Source: an uncultured Collinsella sp.
GTDB lineage: Bacteria > Actinomycetota > Coriobacteriia > Coriobacteriales > Coriobacteriaceae
Direction of reading: 5' to 3'
NCBI GenBank assembly: GCA_900759045.1
Contig: CAAETU010000048.1
Span: forward strand, 10,888-74,887
DNA length: 64,000 nt
A program made the translations under genes and the position numbers. Each line of letters opens with the position of its first letter. Position 1 is the stretch's first letter. Positions 36,950-47,464 of the stretch are shown here, in pieces. The notes beneath the pieces were generated by a model, which saw only the letters and a program-made list of their open reading frames with translations, had not been told where the DNA came from and made no database searches.

Positions 36950-39073
36950 ATGAAAGCAACCGAGGCAAATCTACTCGACCTTATGGGCGTGGCGAAGATG
37001 CAGTTCGTCATTCCCGTGTACCAGCGAGTTTACTCGTGGAGTGTAAAAGAGTGCGAGGTGCTTTGGGATGACGTCATGCGAGCGGGTCGTGATGGCGTAT
37101 CGCACTTCGTGGGGTCAATGCTTTATATCCCCGAGTCCGAGAGCTCTGCCACGAGCATTTCGCGCGTGCTTCTGATTGACGGACAGCAGCGCATGACGAC
37201 GTTTTCGTTGATGATTGCAGCTTTGGCTGACTATTTGGAGAGCAACCCCGACAAGGCTGGCTTCCTTGGCGACCTCAAAATCTCGGCGCTGAGGAAAAAT
37301 TACCTCTTTAACGATGACGACTACAACGGTCTGGCACGCTACAAGCTGGTGCTCTCGCAGGACGATAAAGAGACGCTGTTCTCCATCGTGTCTGGGGCTC
37401 CCGTGCCAGATGAAAAATCGGATCGCATTGTCGAGAACCATGCGTTCTTCCGTGAAAAGATGCACGGGAAATCATTCGACCCTGCAAGGCTTTGGGCGGG
37501 GCTAAACCGCGTGCAGGTCATCGACACTAAGCTCACCGCTGGCGTTGATAATGCCCAGCTCATATTTGAGTCCATGAACTCCAAGGGCAAGCCGCTCACG
37601 CCCATTGACCTCATCCGTAACTACGTTCTAATGTCGCTTCCCAACGACGAACAGACCAAGCTTTATGAGGGTTATTGGCATCCACTCGAGTGCTTGTTCG
37701 GAAAAGGCGGCGAGGACGAGTTCAATGCATTTATCTGGTACTGGCTGTGGCTTAAAGTTCCCAATAGGATGCCGAAGGAGAACGAGGCCTACTACGAGTT
37801 TAAGCGCTATTTCGCCGACGACTACGATGGTGACACCGAGGGCCTGCTTAAGGAGCTGCGCGGGTATGCACATAGATACGCCAGTCTGTTCCTTGGTAAG
37901 GAGAAGGACGACGGACTGCGCCGAGTGTTCGGCAGAATCGTAAGCCTCGACGTGAAGCAGATAAGGCCCCTCTTAATGTTGCTTTATTCGGTTTACGAGG
38001 GGAATGGACTAGACCGCAATGCGTTTTTACGTATCTGCGAGACTATCGAGTCGTTTCTGTTCAGGCGAGCGGTTTGCGGCAGACTTACCACGGGCCTAAA
38101 TAATTTCTTTGCCGGCATGTATCGCAATCTCGAGCAGCAGGACGATATCGAGGAGTACGTTACGGCGATGCTCCTTATCCACAGCAGCGGTATGACCGCA
38201 TACTTTCCGACAGACGAGCATTTTGTCGAGGAGTTTAAGACGCGCGACTGTTACAACCGCTTCTCCAAAAAGCGCTATTACCTGGAGCGCATGGAGAACT
38301 GGCACCACCCGAAGGAGCCCATCTCGGCTGACAATTACCAGATCGAGCATGTCATGCCCCAAACGATCGATGATGTGCACGGCTGGAAGGAATCGCTTGG
38401 CGAGAACTGGGAAGACATCCACGACAGGCTGTGCAACAACTTGGGAAATCTAACGCTGACGGGCTACAACCAGGAGTACTCAAACCGGTCGTTCTCGGAC
38501 AAGCTCAATCTTCCTGACGTGGGGCTTAAGTGCAGTCCGCTCTACCTGAACAAGTCGATCGCCTCGCATGAAAAATGGGGTGAGGAAGAGATTGGACAGC
38601 GCGCGGACGAGCTGGCGAAAGAGGCGTGTGAGATATGGAAATATCCCGACCTTCCGGCAGATGTCGTCGACAAGTATCGCCCCTCTCGCGGGGAGTCTGA
38701 CGAGGCTCCTATCTGGACTCTGCAGGAGAATCACCCCACCTTTGCCGAAGGTGGGCTCAACCAGAAGCTTTTCGATGAGGTGCGCGAGTCCGTTCTGAGT
38801 GGTAACCCTTCGTGGGAGTCCTACATAGCTAAGTACTATGTAGGCTTCAGGTCGGGCAAGCGAAAACTGCATGCCGTGCTAGAAGGCAGGACCAGCAACG
38901 GTGGTTGGATTGCCGTTGGCTTGGCAAAGAGTGTGGATGATCTAACGGATCCAGAGGACATGTGCCAGGACAAGCGTACGCAGGGTGGATTTGGCCCGGG
39001 CTTACCCACTTACGTTGCGCTTCGAAATGCCGATGACATTCCTGCGGTGCTCGATCTCATAAAGCAGTGCTAG
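36950..39073 (+). CDS. GmrSD-like (DUF262 + DUF1524/HNH) modification-dependent nuclease with an extra C-terminal domain
   Basis: IPVYQRVYSW, LIDGQQRMTT, IFESMNSKG, IEHVMPQ, LGNLTL...N. Confidence 0.88.
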   Translation: MKATEANLLDLMGVAKMQFVIPVYQRVYSWSVKECEVLWDDVMRAGRDGVSHFVGSMLYIPESESSATSISRVLLIDGQQRMTTFSLMIAALADYLESNPDKAGFLGDLKISALRKNYLFNDDDYNGLARYKLVLSQDDKETLFSIVSGAPVPDEKSDRIVENHAFFREKMHGKSFDPARLWAGLNRVQVIDTKLTAGVDNAQLIFESMNSKGKPLTPIDLIRNYVLMSLPNDEQTKLYEGYWHPLECLFGKGGEDEFNAFIWYWLWLKVPNRMPKENEAYYEFKRYFADDYDGDTEGLLKELRGYAHRYASLFLGKEKDDGLRRVFGRIVSLDVKQIRPLLMLLYSVYEGNGLDRNAFLRICETIESFLFRRAVCGRLTTGLNNFFAGMYRNLEQQDDIEEYVTAMLLIHSSGMTAYFPTDEHFVEEFKTRDCYNRFSKKRYYLERMENWHHPKEPISADNYQIEHVMPQTIDDVHGWKESLGENWEDIHDRLCNNLGNLTLTGYNQEYSNRSFSDKLNLPDVGLKCSPLYLNKSIASHEKWGEEEIGQRADELAKEACEIWKYPDLPADVVDKYRPSRGESDEAPIWTLQENHPTFAEGGLNQKLFDEVRESVLSGNPSWESYIAKYYVGFRSGKRKLHAVLEGRTSNGGWIAVGLAKSVDDLTDPEDMCQDKRTQGGFGPGLPTYVALRNADDIPAVLDLIKQC

Positions 39074-39077
39074 GTTG

Positions 39078-39105
39078 AAGGCCGGGAATCTAGTTCCCGG
39101 CCCTT
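39078..39105. terminator. Hairpin between convergent genes
   Basis: GGCCGGGAA-TCTAG-TTCCCGGCC. Confidence 0.55.
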
Positions 39106-39140
39106 GCCAGCTCAAAATCGTCGATGGCTCGTCCGCCCGT

Positions 39141-39434
39141 CTACACCCCTACGATCCTGCGGGCCGCACTCAGCAGCTCGTACTCCCTCTGGCTCCACTG
39201 GTACAGCTCGGTCGCGCGTACGGCGTCGCGGCACAGATCCAGAAACACCTCGGCGCCCTCGCAGAAGCACTCGCGGGCAAAGGCGCCGGATCCGTCCGCA
39301 ACGCACGCGCCGTCGGCAAAGAGCTTCCAGCTGGACGGCTCGCGCGAGTCGTCTCCGAGCAGCTTGATCTGCAGAACAAGTGGGCCGCCAGCGGCACATG
39401 GCCCTTCTTCCAACGCCTGCACCGTAAAGCGCAT
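39141..39434 (-). CDS. Hypothetical protein (97 aa)
   Basis: Compact ORF with protein-like composition; no recognisable family. Confidence 0.5.
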   Translation of the reverse strand: MRFTVQALEEGPCAAGGPLVLQIKLLGDDSREPSSWKLFADGACVADGSGAFARECFCEGAEVFLDLCRDAVRATELYQWSQREYELLSAARRIVGV

Positions 39435-39455
39435 CTGGAGGGACAGAGTATAAAA

Positions 39456-39534
39456 TCCGGAAAAGTGTCGAAATAGGCACCTTAAAACTTCGGAAAAGTG
39501 TCAAATTCGATAGGCAAATTATCCGGAAAAGTGT
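39456..39534. repeat. Three direct repeats T(C/T)CGGAAAAGTGT at exact 33-bp period
   Basis: Copies at 39456, 39489, 39522. Confidence 0.85.
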
Positions 39535-39604
39535 AGCTGGATGACAAAACAGCACTTAGAAGCCGGTGCTGGATGCGGGATCCTGCGGCCGCCTTCAGCT
39601 CTCG

Positions 39605-40498
39605 CTACTCGTCGTCTCCGTCGTTGGGGTCGCCCTTGAGGGTGTTGATGTCCAGGTACTGGTTGTCGTCCTCTTTTTGCTGCGTTGCCGATTCGGACGC
39701 GGTAGGGCCGCGGAACAGCTGGAATCCTTCAAACGCAATGACACCGAGCAGGGCAATGATAATGGCGATAAAGGCAACCTTGACTGCCTGCGGAAATTCC
39801 GAGAAACGCAGCGCCTTTTCCTCGGCGTAATAATCGGCGAAGCGCTCTTCACCCGTGCTTTTGGTATACGCCGGCGCGGACGCGGCCTCCGGGTCATATT
39901 CCGGTGCGGGCGTGGCAGCGTACGGATCGTTGAGATAATCGCTCGATGCGGTGCCATAATCCTCGGTCTCGATGCGATCGCTGTCTGCATAGCCATCGGA
40001 ATAATCGGAATATGCCGCACCGCCCTCATGGTCCGCGGCGCCCGTGTTGGCGGCAAAAAGCGGGTTAACTGGAACATCGAGCGCCGGCATGCCGGTAGAG
40101 GTCTCATCCAGATCGGCTGCAGCCCAGGAATCGTGGGCAACCTGATGGGTAACGGGCTCATCGAGCCTTGTGACCGGAGGCTTGCGTGCCGCAGGAACAG
40201 GCAACTGCTGGGCGCTGTACATAACGGTGCTGTCGGCCGATTTGCCCTGCGTCGCTGCAGCGAGAAATGCCGCCGTCTCGGACGGGTCGCTTGCGGGGCG
40301 GGGAGCGGGCGTGGGCGCCGAAGTGGGTGCGGGCGACTGCGCAGGAGTCGGCGCAGATGCGGGCTTAGGCGCAAGTGCGGGATTGGGACTTGACGGGCGA
40401 GCCCCGCCGCCCATGAGTTCGTCGGCGGTCCACGGGCGATCATCCATCACGTCGTCAAGGCTCAGCGAAAACAGGTCGTCTTCACTCTCATCGAACAT
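39605..40498 (-). CDS. Hypothetical acidic, low-complexity protein with one C-terminal TM helix
   Basis: Pro/Ala and Asp/Tyr-rich segments; TM VAFIAIIIALLGVIAF; start uncertain. Confidence 0.6.
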   Translation of the reverse strand: MFDESEDDLFSLSLDDVMDDRPWTADELMGGGARPSSPNPALAPKPASAPTPAQSPAPTSAPTPAPRPASDPSETAAFLAAATQGKSADSTVMYSAQQLPVPAARKPPVTRLDEPVTHQVAHDSWAAADLDETSTGMPALDVPVNPLFAANTGAADHEGGAAYSDYSDGYADSDRIETEDYGTASSDYLNDPYAATPAPEYDPEAASAPAYTKSTGEERFADYYAEEKALRFSEFPQAVKVAFIAIIIALLGVIAFEGFQLFRGPTASESATQQKEDDNQYLDINTLKGDPNDGDDE

Positions 40499-40690
40499 GT
40501 GGTGCACATGTCCACCAATTGCCGGAATCAATCCGCGACCGGTGCATGATGCCTTGCTCAACGCCATTCTGTCCCATCCTTTCGAAATACTAATGACATC
40601 GATTATATGGAACTTCCCAAGCGGCTCGGTCTTGGATTCGTGCTTTCCAGAACTCGCGCCCAAAAGGGGAGGGACAATCCAGGCGAGTGC

Positions 40691-41344
40691 CTACTTGTCG
40701 CCGGCCGCCGCCTTGGCCTCATTGAGGTAGCTATAGAAGCTGTACTTGGAGATGCCAAAGAACTCGCAGGCGCGCTCGCTCGACTTGGAAATGAGGAAGG
40801 CACCGCGACGGTCGAGGTAGCCAATGGCACGAATGCGCTCGTCTTTGGTCATGAGTGCCGCGGGCTTGCCCACAAACTGCTCGCACTCGTGCAGCAGGTC
40901 CTCGAGCAGGTCGCCGATGTTCTTGGTAATGGGCTCGGGCTCGGTATAGCCCGTGCCGCCGGTGCCGGTAAAGGCGTCGAGCGAACGCTCGAAAGCCTTC
41001 ATAAGCGTAATGTCAAAGTTAATGCCCAAAATGCCGACGGGTTTGCCCTCGTCGTTGCGGATAAAGATCGTCGACGATTTGAGCAGCTTACCGTCGGTGG
41101 TTTTAGTGAGGTACGGCTCGCGGTCGTGTACGTCGGTGGCGCCTTCGTGCATGGACTCAAACACGATATGGCTGGGGCCGTCACCCAGTTTGCGCCCGCT
41201 GACGTGGCCGTTTTCGATCACTACGATGGAGTGGTCCACGTCCTCGGTCTCCAGATCGTGGACGACGACTTCGCAGTTGGGGCCAAATTGGAGCGCCAGA
41301 CCGTGTGCGAGGCGCTTGTAAAACTCAATCTGTGCGGGGGTCAT
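40691..41344 (-). CDS. YheO-like PAS + HTH transcriptional regulator (copy 2)
   Basis: FGPNCEVVVHD, NGHVSGRKLGD, LKSSTIFIR, GAFLISKS...FYSYL. Confidence 0.92.
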   Translation of the reverse strand: MTPAQIEFYKRLAHGLALQFGPNCEVVVHDLETEDVDHSIVVIENGHVSGRKLGDGPSHIVFESMHEGATDVHDREPYLTKTTDGKLLKSSTIFIRNDEGKPVGILGINFDITLMKAFERSLDAFTGTGGTGYTEPEPITKNIGDLLEDLLHECEQFVGKPAALMTKDERIRAIGYLDRRGAFLISKSSERACEFFGISKYSFYSYLNEAKAAAGDK

Positions 41345-41621
41345 GGGTACCTTCCTAAAAATTAGTTTGGGCTCACTGTGCCATAAACCACACTTGTTCG
41401 CAAACAAATCCATCAACAAGGCAATTCATGACCGTTCGGCGGCGAAAAAGTACCGATTACGGCAACAAACAATTCGTTAGATATACCAATCAAAAAGTGT
41501 GATAGAACATTACTAACAAACTTTTTGTTTGGCATCCACATAAAAGTTCAGTCGTGTGAATGGGATCGGGCTGAAACGCGTATGCGGGGGCCGGCAAGAG
41601 AGGACTTAAGGAGTTCACCGT

Positions 41622-42836
41622 ATGGCCGATAAGATCCAGTGGGCGGGCAACACGATGCCCAAGAGCGATGACAAGCACTTGGGAATCATGAGCCTCGACC
41701 ACGTGAAGAAGGCCCGTGCCTTCCACCAGTCGTTCCCTCAATATACCGTCACTCCGCTTGCCCGTCTGGACGGTCAAGCTGCGCGCCTGGGCCTGTCCAA
41801 CCTGTGCGTTAAGGACGAGAGCTATCGCTTTGGCCTCAACGCCTTTAAGGTCCTGGGCGGCTCGTTTGCCATGGCCAACTATATTGCCGATGAGACCGGC
41901 AAGGACGTTGCCGACTGCACCTTCGATTACCTGACCTCCGATCAGCTTGCCAAGGACTTTGGCCAGGCTACCTTCTTTACCGCCACCGATGGCAACCATG
42001 GCCGCGGCGTGGCATGGGCTGCCAACAAGCTGGGTCAGAAGGCCGTCGTGCACATGCCCAAGGGTTCCACCAAGCCCCGCTTCGATAACATCGCCGCCGA
42101 GGGCGCCACGGTGACCATCGAAGAGGTCAACTACGACGAGTGCGTGCGCATGGCCGCCGCCGAGGCCGACGCCTGCGAGCGCGGCGTCATCGTTCAGGAC
42201 ACCGCCTGGGAGGGCTACGAGAAGATCCCGTCCTGGATCATGGAGGGTTACGGCACCATGGCTTCCGAGGCTGCCGAGCAGCTGCGCGAGATGGCCATCA
42301 ACCGCCCGACGCACGTGTTTGTCCAGGCTGGCGTGGGTTCGCTCGCCGGCGCCGTGGTGGGCTACTTCACCAACCTGTATCCCGATAACCCGCCCACCTT
42401 CGTCGTGGTTGAGTGCGCGCCTGCCGCCTGCCTGTACAAGGGCGCTGCCGCCGGCGACGGCGACCCGCGCATCGTGGACGGCGACATGCCCTCCATCATG
42501 GCCGGCCTGTGCTGCGGCGAGCCCAACATCTTGGGCTGGGATATCCTGCGCAACCACACCACCGCCTTCGTGTCCTGCCCCGACTGGGTCACCGCTCGCG
42601 GCATGCGCACCCTGGGCGCTCCCGAGAAGGGCGACCCGCGCGTCATCTCCGGCGAGTCCGGCGCTGTGACCACCGGCCTTGTCGAGACCCTCATGCTCGA
42701 TCCCGAGTACGCCGAGCTCAAGGAGCTCATCGGCCTGGACAAGACGAGCTCCGTGCTCTGTTTCTCCACCGAGGGCGACACGGATCCCGACCAGTATCGC
42801 CGCATTGTTTGGGAAGGCGAATACCCCACTTGCTAA
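41622..42836 (+). CDS. dpaL: Diaminopropionate ammonia-lyase (YgeX)
   Basis: KDESYRFGLNAFKVLGG, TATDGNHGRG, QAGVGS, SGESGA. Confidence 0.96.
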   Translation: MADKIQWAGNTMPKSDDKHLGIMSLDHVKKARAFHQSFPQYTVTPLARLDGQAARLGLSNLCVKDESYRFGLNAFKVLGGSFAMANYIADETGKDVADCTFDYLTSDQLAKDFGQATFFTATDGNHGRGVAWAANKLGQKAVVHMPKGSTKPRFDNIAAEGATVTIEEVNYDECVRMAAAEADACERGVIVQDTAWEGYEKIPSWIMEGYGTMASEAAEQLREMAINRPTHVFVQAGVGSLAGAVVGYFTNLYPDNPPTFVVVECAPAACLYKGAAAGDGDPRIVDGDMPSIMAGLCCGEPNILGWDILRNHTTAFVSCPDWVTARGMRTLGAPEKGDPRVISGESGAVTTGLVETLMLDPEYAELKELIGLDKTSSVLCFSTEGDTDPDQYRRIVWEGEYPTC

Positions 42837-42908
42837 TACTGGGCGGAATAAATAGGTATCGCTCCGCCACCTCACAGGTAGATTCCTTCGTTTGAAAGGT
42901 TATGAACA

Positions 42909-44294
42909 ATGGCTAAAGAACTCGATTTCGACGCTATCAAGGCTGCTGCTGAGTCCCATCGTGCTGATATGACTCGCTTCCTGCGCGCTATGATCTCCCA
43001 TCCCTCTGAGTCCTGCGAGGAGGGTGAGGTTGTTGCCTGCATCAAGGCCGAGATGGAGAGCCTTGGCTATGACGAGGTCAAGGTCGACGGCCTGGGCAAC
43101 GTCATGGGCTTTATGGGCGAGGGCGACAAGATCATCGCCATCGACTCCCACATCGACACCGTCGGTATCGGCAACATCGAGAACTGGGACGCCGATCCCT
43201 ATGAGGGCTACGAGACCGATGAGATCATCTACGGCCGCGGCGGCTCCGACCAGGAGGGTGGCATGGCTTCTGCTACCTACGCCGCCAAGATGATGAAGGA
43301 CATGGGCCTCATCCCCGAGGGCTACAAGATCATGGTCGTCGGCACCGTCCAGGAAGAGGACTGCGACGGCATGTGCTGGCAGTACATCTACAACAAGGAC
43401 GGCATTAAGCCCGAGTTCGTCATTTCCACCGAGCCCACCGACGGCGGCATCTACCGCGGTCACCGCGGTCGCATGGAGATCCGCGTCGACGTTCACGGTA
43501 CCTCTTGCCACGGCTCCGCTCCCGACCGCGGCGACAACGCCATCTACAAGATGGCCGACATCATCGCCGACGTCCGCGCCCTCAACAACAACGGCTGCGA
43601 CGAGTCGACCGACATCAAGGGCCTCGTCAAGATGCTCGACCCCAAGTTTAATCCCGAGCACTTCGAGGATGCCCGCTTCCTGGGCCGCGGCACCTGCACC
43701 GTCAGCCAGATCTTCTACACCAGCCCCAGCCGCTGCGCTGTCGCTGACTCCTGCGCCATCTCCATCGACCGTCGCATGACCGCCGGCGAGACCTGGGAGT
43801 CCTGCCTGGACGAGATCCGCAACCTGCCGGCCGCCAAGAAGTACGGCGACGACGTGAAGGTCTCCATGTACATGTACGACCGTCCGTCCTGGACCGGCGA
43901 GGTCTACGAGACCGAGGCTTACTTCCCCACGTGGATCAACAAGGAGACCGCTCCGCACGTCAAGGCCCTCGTTGACGCCCACAAGGCCATGTTCGGTGAC
44001 GAGCGCATCGGCTGCGAGCCCAGCATGGACAAGCGCACCGGTCGCCCGCTGTGCGACAAGTGGACCTTCTCCACGAACTGCGTTTCCATCCAGGGCCGCT
44101 ACGGCATCCCCTGCGTGGGCTTTGGCCCGGGTGCAGAGTCTCAGGCTCACGCTCCCAACGAGGTCACCTACAAGGACGACCTGGTCACCGCTGCCGCCAT
44201 GTACGTGGCTGCCCTGAACCTCTACGATCCGAGCCAGGCCGATGGCGACGCCACCGTGTTCCGCGCCGGTCTGACCAACAACAAGATCGATTAG
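42909..44294 (+). CDS. ygeY: YgeY family M20 metallohydrolase
   Basis: [38 protein letters not shown]. Confidence 0.95.
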   Translation: MAKELDFDAIKAAAESHRADMTRFLRAMISHPSESCEEGEVVACIKAEMESLGYDEVKVDGLGNVMGFMGEGDKIIAIDSHIDTVGIGNIENWDADPYEGYETDEIIYGRGGSDQEGGMASATYAAKMMKDMGLIPEGYKIMVVGTVQEEDCDGMCWQYIYNKDGIKPEFVISTEPTDGGIYRGHRGRMEIRVDVHGTSCHGSAPDRGDNAIYKMADIIADVRALNNNGCDESTDIKGLVKMLDPKFNPEHFEDARFLGRGTCTVSQIFYTSPSRCAVADSCAISIDRRMTAGETWESCLDEIRNLPAAKKYGDDVKVSMYMYDRPSWTGEVYETEAYFPTWINKETAPHVKALVDAHKAMFGDERIGCEPSMDKRTGRPLCDKWTFSTNCVSIQGRYGIPCVGFGPGAESQAHAPNEVTYKDDLVTAAAMYVAALNLYDPSQADGDATVFRAGLTNNKID

Positions 44295-44494
44295 TCCCAT
44301 TCCTCGATTTTGTTGAGCCGGGGGCCGCTCGTGTCCCCGGCACCCCCTGTTGACTTGGGGCCCGCGGTCGTTATCTCCCATGCTTCCTCAACGGTGGCGG
44401 GTCCTCGTCATGGTGCTCTGCATGTTCTGCCACACGCGCATGCCGGAGCGCATCAACTCATTGCGATCGTTTCATCTTTAGAAAGGACATTTCC

Positions 44495-45697
44495 ATGGAC
44501 GCTAAGTTTACCGAGCTCGTCGAGCAGCTGAACGGCCTCGATTTTAAGGGTATGTACGGCAGCGACTTCCTGCACACCTGGGATAAGACCACCGATGAGC
44601 TCAAGGCGCTCTACATCGTCGCCGACGCTCTGCGCGAGCTGCGCGAGAACAACGTTTCGTCCAAGATCTTCGACTCGGGCCTGGCCGTCTCCCTGTTCCG
44701 CGACAACTCCACCCGTACGCGCTTCTCCTTCTCTAAGGCCGCCAACCTGCTCGGCCTTGAGCTGCAGGACCTGGACGAGAAGAAGTCCCAGATCGCTCAC
44801 GGCGAGACCGTCCGCGAGACCGCTACCATGATCTCCTTCATGGCCGATGTCATCGGCATCCGCGATGACATGTACATCGGCAAGGGCGACGCCTACATGG
44901 CTGAGGTCTCCGAGTCTGTCCAGCAGGCTTACGAGGATGGCGTTCTGGATCACCGTCCCACGCTCATCTCCCTGCAGTCCGACTCCGATCACCCCACGCA
45001 GTCCTCTGCCGACATGCTCTACCTCATCAACGAGTTTGGCGGCCTCGAGAACCTCAAGGGCAAGAAGGTTGCCGTCACCTGGGCCTATTCGCCCTCTTAC
45101 GGCAAGCCGCTGTCCTGCCCGCAGTCGCTGATCAGCCTGCTGCCCCGCTTTGGCATGGACGTCACCCTGGCTCACCCCGAGGGCTACGACCTCATGCCCG
45201 AGGTCGTCGAGCGCGCCAAGGGCTATGCCGCCGAGTCCGGTACCACCTTTAAGCAGGTCAACACCATGGCCGAGGCCTTCGAGGGTGCCGACATCGTGAT
45301 CCCCAAGAGCTGGGCTCCGTTTGCCGCCATGGAGAAGCGCACCAACCTGTACGCCGAGGGCGACGACGCCGGCATCGCAGCGCTCGAGAAGGAGCTGCTC
45401 GCCCAGAACGCTACGCATCAGGACTGGTGCTCCACGACCGAGCTCATGGAGAAGACTGCCAACGGCCAGGACACCATCTTTATGCACCCGCTGCCCGCCG
45501 ACATCTCCGGCGTCTCCTGCGAGCACGGCGAGGTCAACGCCGACGTCTTCGACATGCACCGCGTGGGCATGTACAAGGAGGCCAGCTACAAGCCTTACGC
45601 CATCGCAGCCATGATGTTCCTGCAGAAGGTTGCCGATCCCGCCGCTACCCTCAAGGCCCTCGACGAGCGCAACACCGCCCGTTGGCTCCAGGCCTAA
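44495..45697 (+). CDS. ygeW: Knotted carbamoyltransferase YgeW
   Basis: FRDNSTRTRFS, DHPTQ, WAYSPSYGKPLS, HPLPAD. Confidence 0.95.
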   Translation: MDAKFTELVEQLNGLDFKGMYGSDFLHTWDKTTDELKALYIVADALRELRENNVSSKIFDSGLAVSLFRDNSTRTRFSFSKAANLLGLELQDLDEKKSQIAHGETVRETATMISFMADVIGIRDDMYIGKGDAYMAEVSESVQQAYEDGVLDHRPTLISLQSDSDHPTQSSADMLYLINEFGGLENLKGKKVAVTWAYSPSYGKPLSCPQSLISLLPRFGMDVTLAHPEGYDLMPEVVERAKGYAAESGTTFKQVNTMAEAFEGADIVIPKSWAPFAAMEKRTNLYAEGDDAGIAALEKELLAQNATHQDWCSTTELMEKTANGQDTIFMHPLPADISGVSCEHGEVNADVFDMHRVGMYKEASYKPYAIAAMMFLQKVADPAATLKALDERNTARWLQA

Positions 45698-45711
45698 AGC
45701 TGGGCTGAGAA

Positions 45712-46662
45712 ATGGCTAAGCGTATTGTTGTCGCCTTGGGCGGAAACGCCCTCGGCGCCAACCTTCCCGAGCAGATGGAGGCCGTCAAGACGACTTCTAA
45801 GGCCATCGTCGACCTGATCGAGGAAGGCAACGAGGTCGTCGTCGTGCATGGCAACGGCCCCCAGGTGGGCATGATCGCCAACGCGATGGCCGAGCTCACG
45901 CGTTCTAATCCTCAGAAGTACATTCCCTGCCCGCTGTCCGTTTGCGGCGCCATGAGCCAGGGCTACATTGGCTATGACCTGCAAAACGCCCTGCGCGAGG
46001 AAATGCTCGACCGCAATATCGACAAGGGTGTCGCCACCGTGCTCACCCAGGTCGAGGTTGCGGCAGACGACCCGGCCTTTGCCGACCCGGTCAAGCCGAT
46101 TGGTCCGTGGATGAGCGAGGCCGAGGCCAAGGAGCTGGAGGCCGACCGCGGCTACCAGTTCATCCACGACGAGAAGCAGGGCTTCCGTCGCGTGGTTGCC
46201 TCGCCCAAGCCCGTGAACATCGTCGAGCTCGACACCATCAAGTCGCTCGTCGAGTCCAACCACGTGGTGATCTCCTGCGGCGGTGGCGGTATTCCCGTCA
46301 CCAAGGCCCAGGGCAACCACCTTAAGGGCGCTGCCGCCGTCATCGATAAGGACTTTGCGGCCGAGAAGCTCGCCGAGCAGCTCGACGCCGATGCCCTGAT
46401 TATCCTGACGGCCGTGGAGAAGGTTGCCATTGGCTTTGGCACCGACCACGAGCAGTGGCTCGACACGCTGACTGCGGCTGACGTAAAGCGTCTGTCCGAG
46501 GCCAACGAGTTCGGTCGTGGCTCCATGCTGCCCAAGGTCCAGGCCGCCTCGACGTTTGCCGAGAGCAAGCCGGGCCGCACGGCGCTCATCACGCTGCTCG
46601 AGAAGGCGCGTGACGGTCTTGCCGGCAAGACCGGTACCACGTTTACCGGCGACGCTGAGTAG
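45712..46662 (+). CDS. arcC: Carbamate kinase (YqeA)
   Basis: VALGGNAL, HGNGPQVG, RRVVASP, GGGGIPV, AVIDKD, GSMLPK. Confidence 0.96.
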   Translation: MAKRIVVALGGNALGANLPEQMEAVKTTSKAIVDLIEEGNEVVVVHGNGPQVGMIANAMAELTRSNPQKYIPCPLSVCGAMSQGYIGYDLQNALREEMLDRNIDKGVATVLTQVEVAADDPAFADPVKPIGPWMSEAEAKELEADRGYQFIHDEKQGFRRVVASPKPVNIVELDTIKSLVESNHVVISCGGGGIPVTKAQGNHLKGAAAVIDKDFAAEKLAEQLDADALIILTAVEKVAIGFGTDHEQWLDTLTAADVKRLSEANEFGRGSMLPKVQAASTFAESKPGRTALITLLEKARDGLAGKTGTTFTGDAE

Positions 46663-46679
46663 GCATATCTGCACCATTG

Positions 46680-46715
46680 AGGAGGGTGCCCTGCGTCGCG
46701 GGGCGCCCTCCTTTG
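46680..46715 (+). terminator. Probable terminator after arcC
   Basis: AGGAGGGTGCCCTGCG...CGGGGCGCCCTCCTTT. Confidence 0.6.
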
Positions 46716-46840
46716 TGCTATGGAGAGCCAAGGGGCGTTCGCTGGAAAAACGAGCGCATGCCTGTTCCGACGGAGTGTGAGCTTGGTATGGTGGGTATAG
46801 CAACTATGGCGTCCAAGGCAGCCAGGGGAGGTTTGCGGAG

Positions 46841-47455
46841 ATGAAACTTGGTTGCGTGATTATGGCCTCGGGCGAGGGCAAGCGGTTTGGCTCTAACAAG
46901 ATGCTCGCCGATATCTATGGCGAGCCGCTGATTGCCCGGACCATCGATTCGGTTCCCCGGGGCTTTGACGTCGTGGTTTCGACGCGTTGGCCCGAGGTCG
47001 CTCAGATTTGCGAGGACAAGCATTGCCCGTGTGTGCTGCACGATGGCGAGCTGCGCAGCGAAAGCGTCCGTGCGGGCCTTTCGTGGGGAGCCGAACGCAA
47101 CTGGAAAGGTTGCCTCTTTTTGCCGGGCGACCAGCCGCTCGTGAGTTCGGATTCTTTTGAGGCTATGGTTCGTGCATTTGACGAGTGTGGCCGCAAGCAT
47201 CCGGTGCGTCTTGCGTGCAACGGTGAGCCTTCGAGCCCGGTGCTCTTTCCGGCGGAACTGTTCGATGCACTTATGTGTCTTGAGGGCAAGGACGGCGGCG
47301 GTTCGATCCTCAAGGGCCGTACCGACGTGGTGCTGGTCGAGGCGCGTGCCTACGAGCTGTGGGACGTCGATACCGCCAAGGGGCAGCGACGCATAGCGGA
47401 GCATATCGCCGCCTGCTCGTATTTTGATCGCGTGGCCAACTGCATAAATCAATAA
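46841..47455 (+). CDS. Molybdenum cofactor cytidylyltransferase-like (MocA/YgfJ) nucleotidyltransferase
   Basis: MASGEGKRFGSNK, PGDQP, PVLFP, DVDT. Confidence 0.85.
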   Translation: MKLGCVIMASGEGKRFGSNKMLADIYGEPLIARTIDSVPRGFDVVVSTRWPEVAQICEDKHCPCVLHDGELRSESVRAGLSWGAERNWKGCLFLPGDQPLVSSDSFEAMVRAFDECGRKHPVRLACNGEPSSPVLFPAELFDALMCLEGKDGGGSILKGRTDVVLVEARAYELWDVDTAKGQRRIAEHIAACSYFDRVANCINQ

Positions 47456-47464
47456 GGAGCAATT

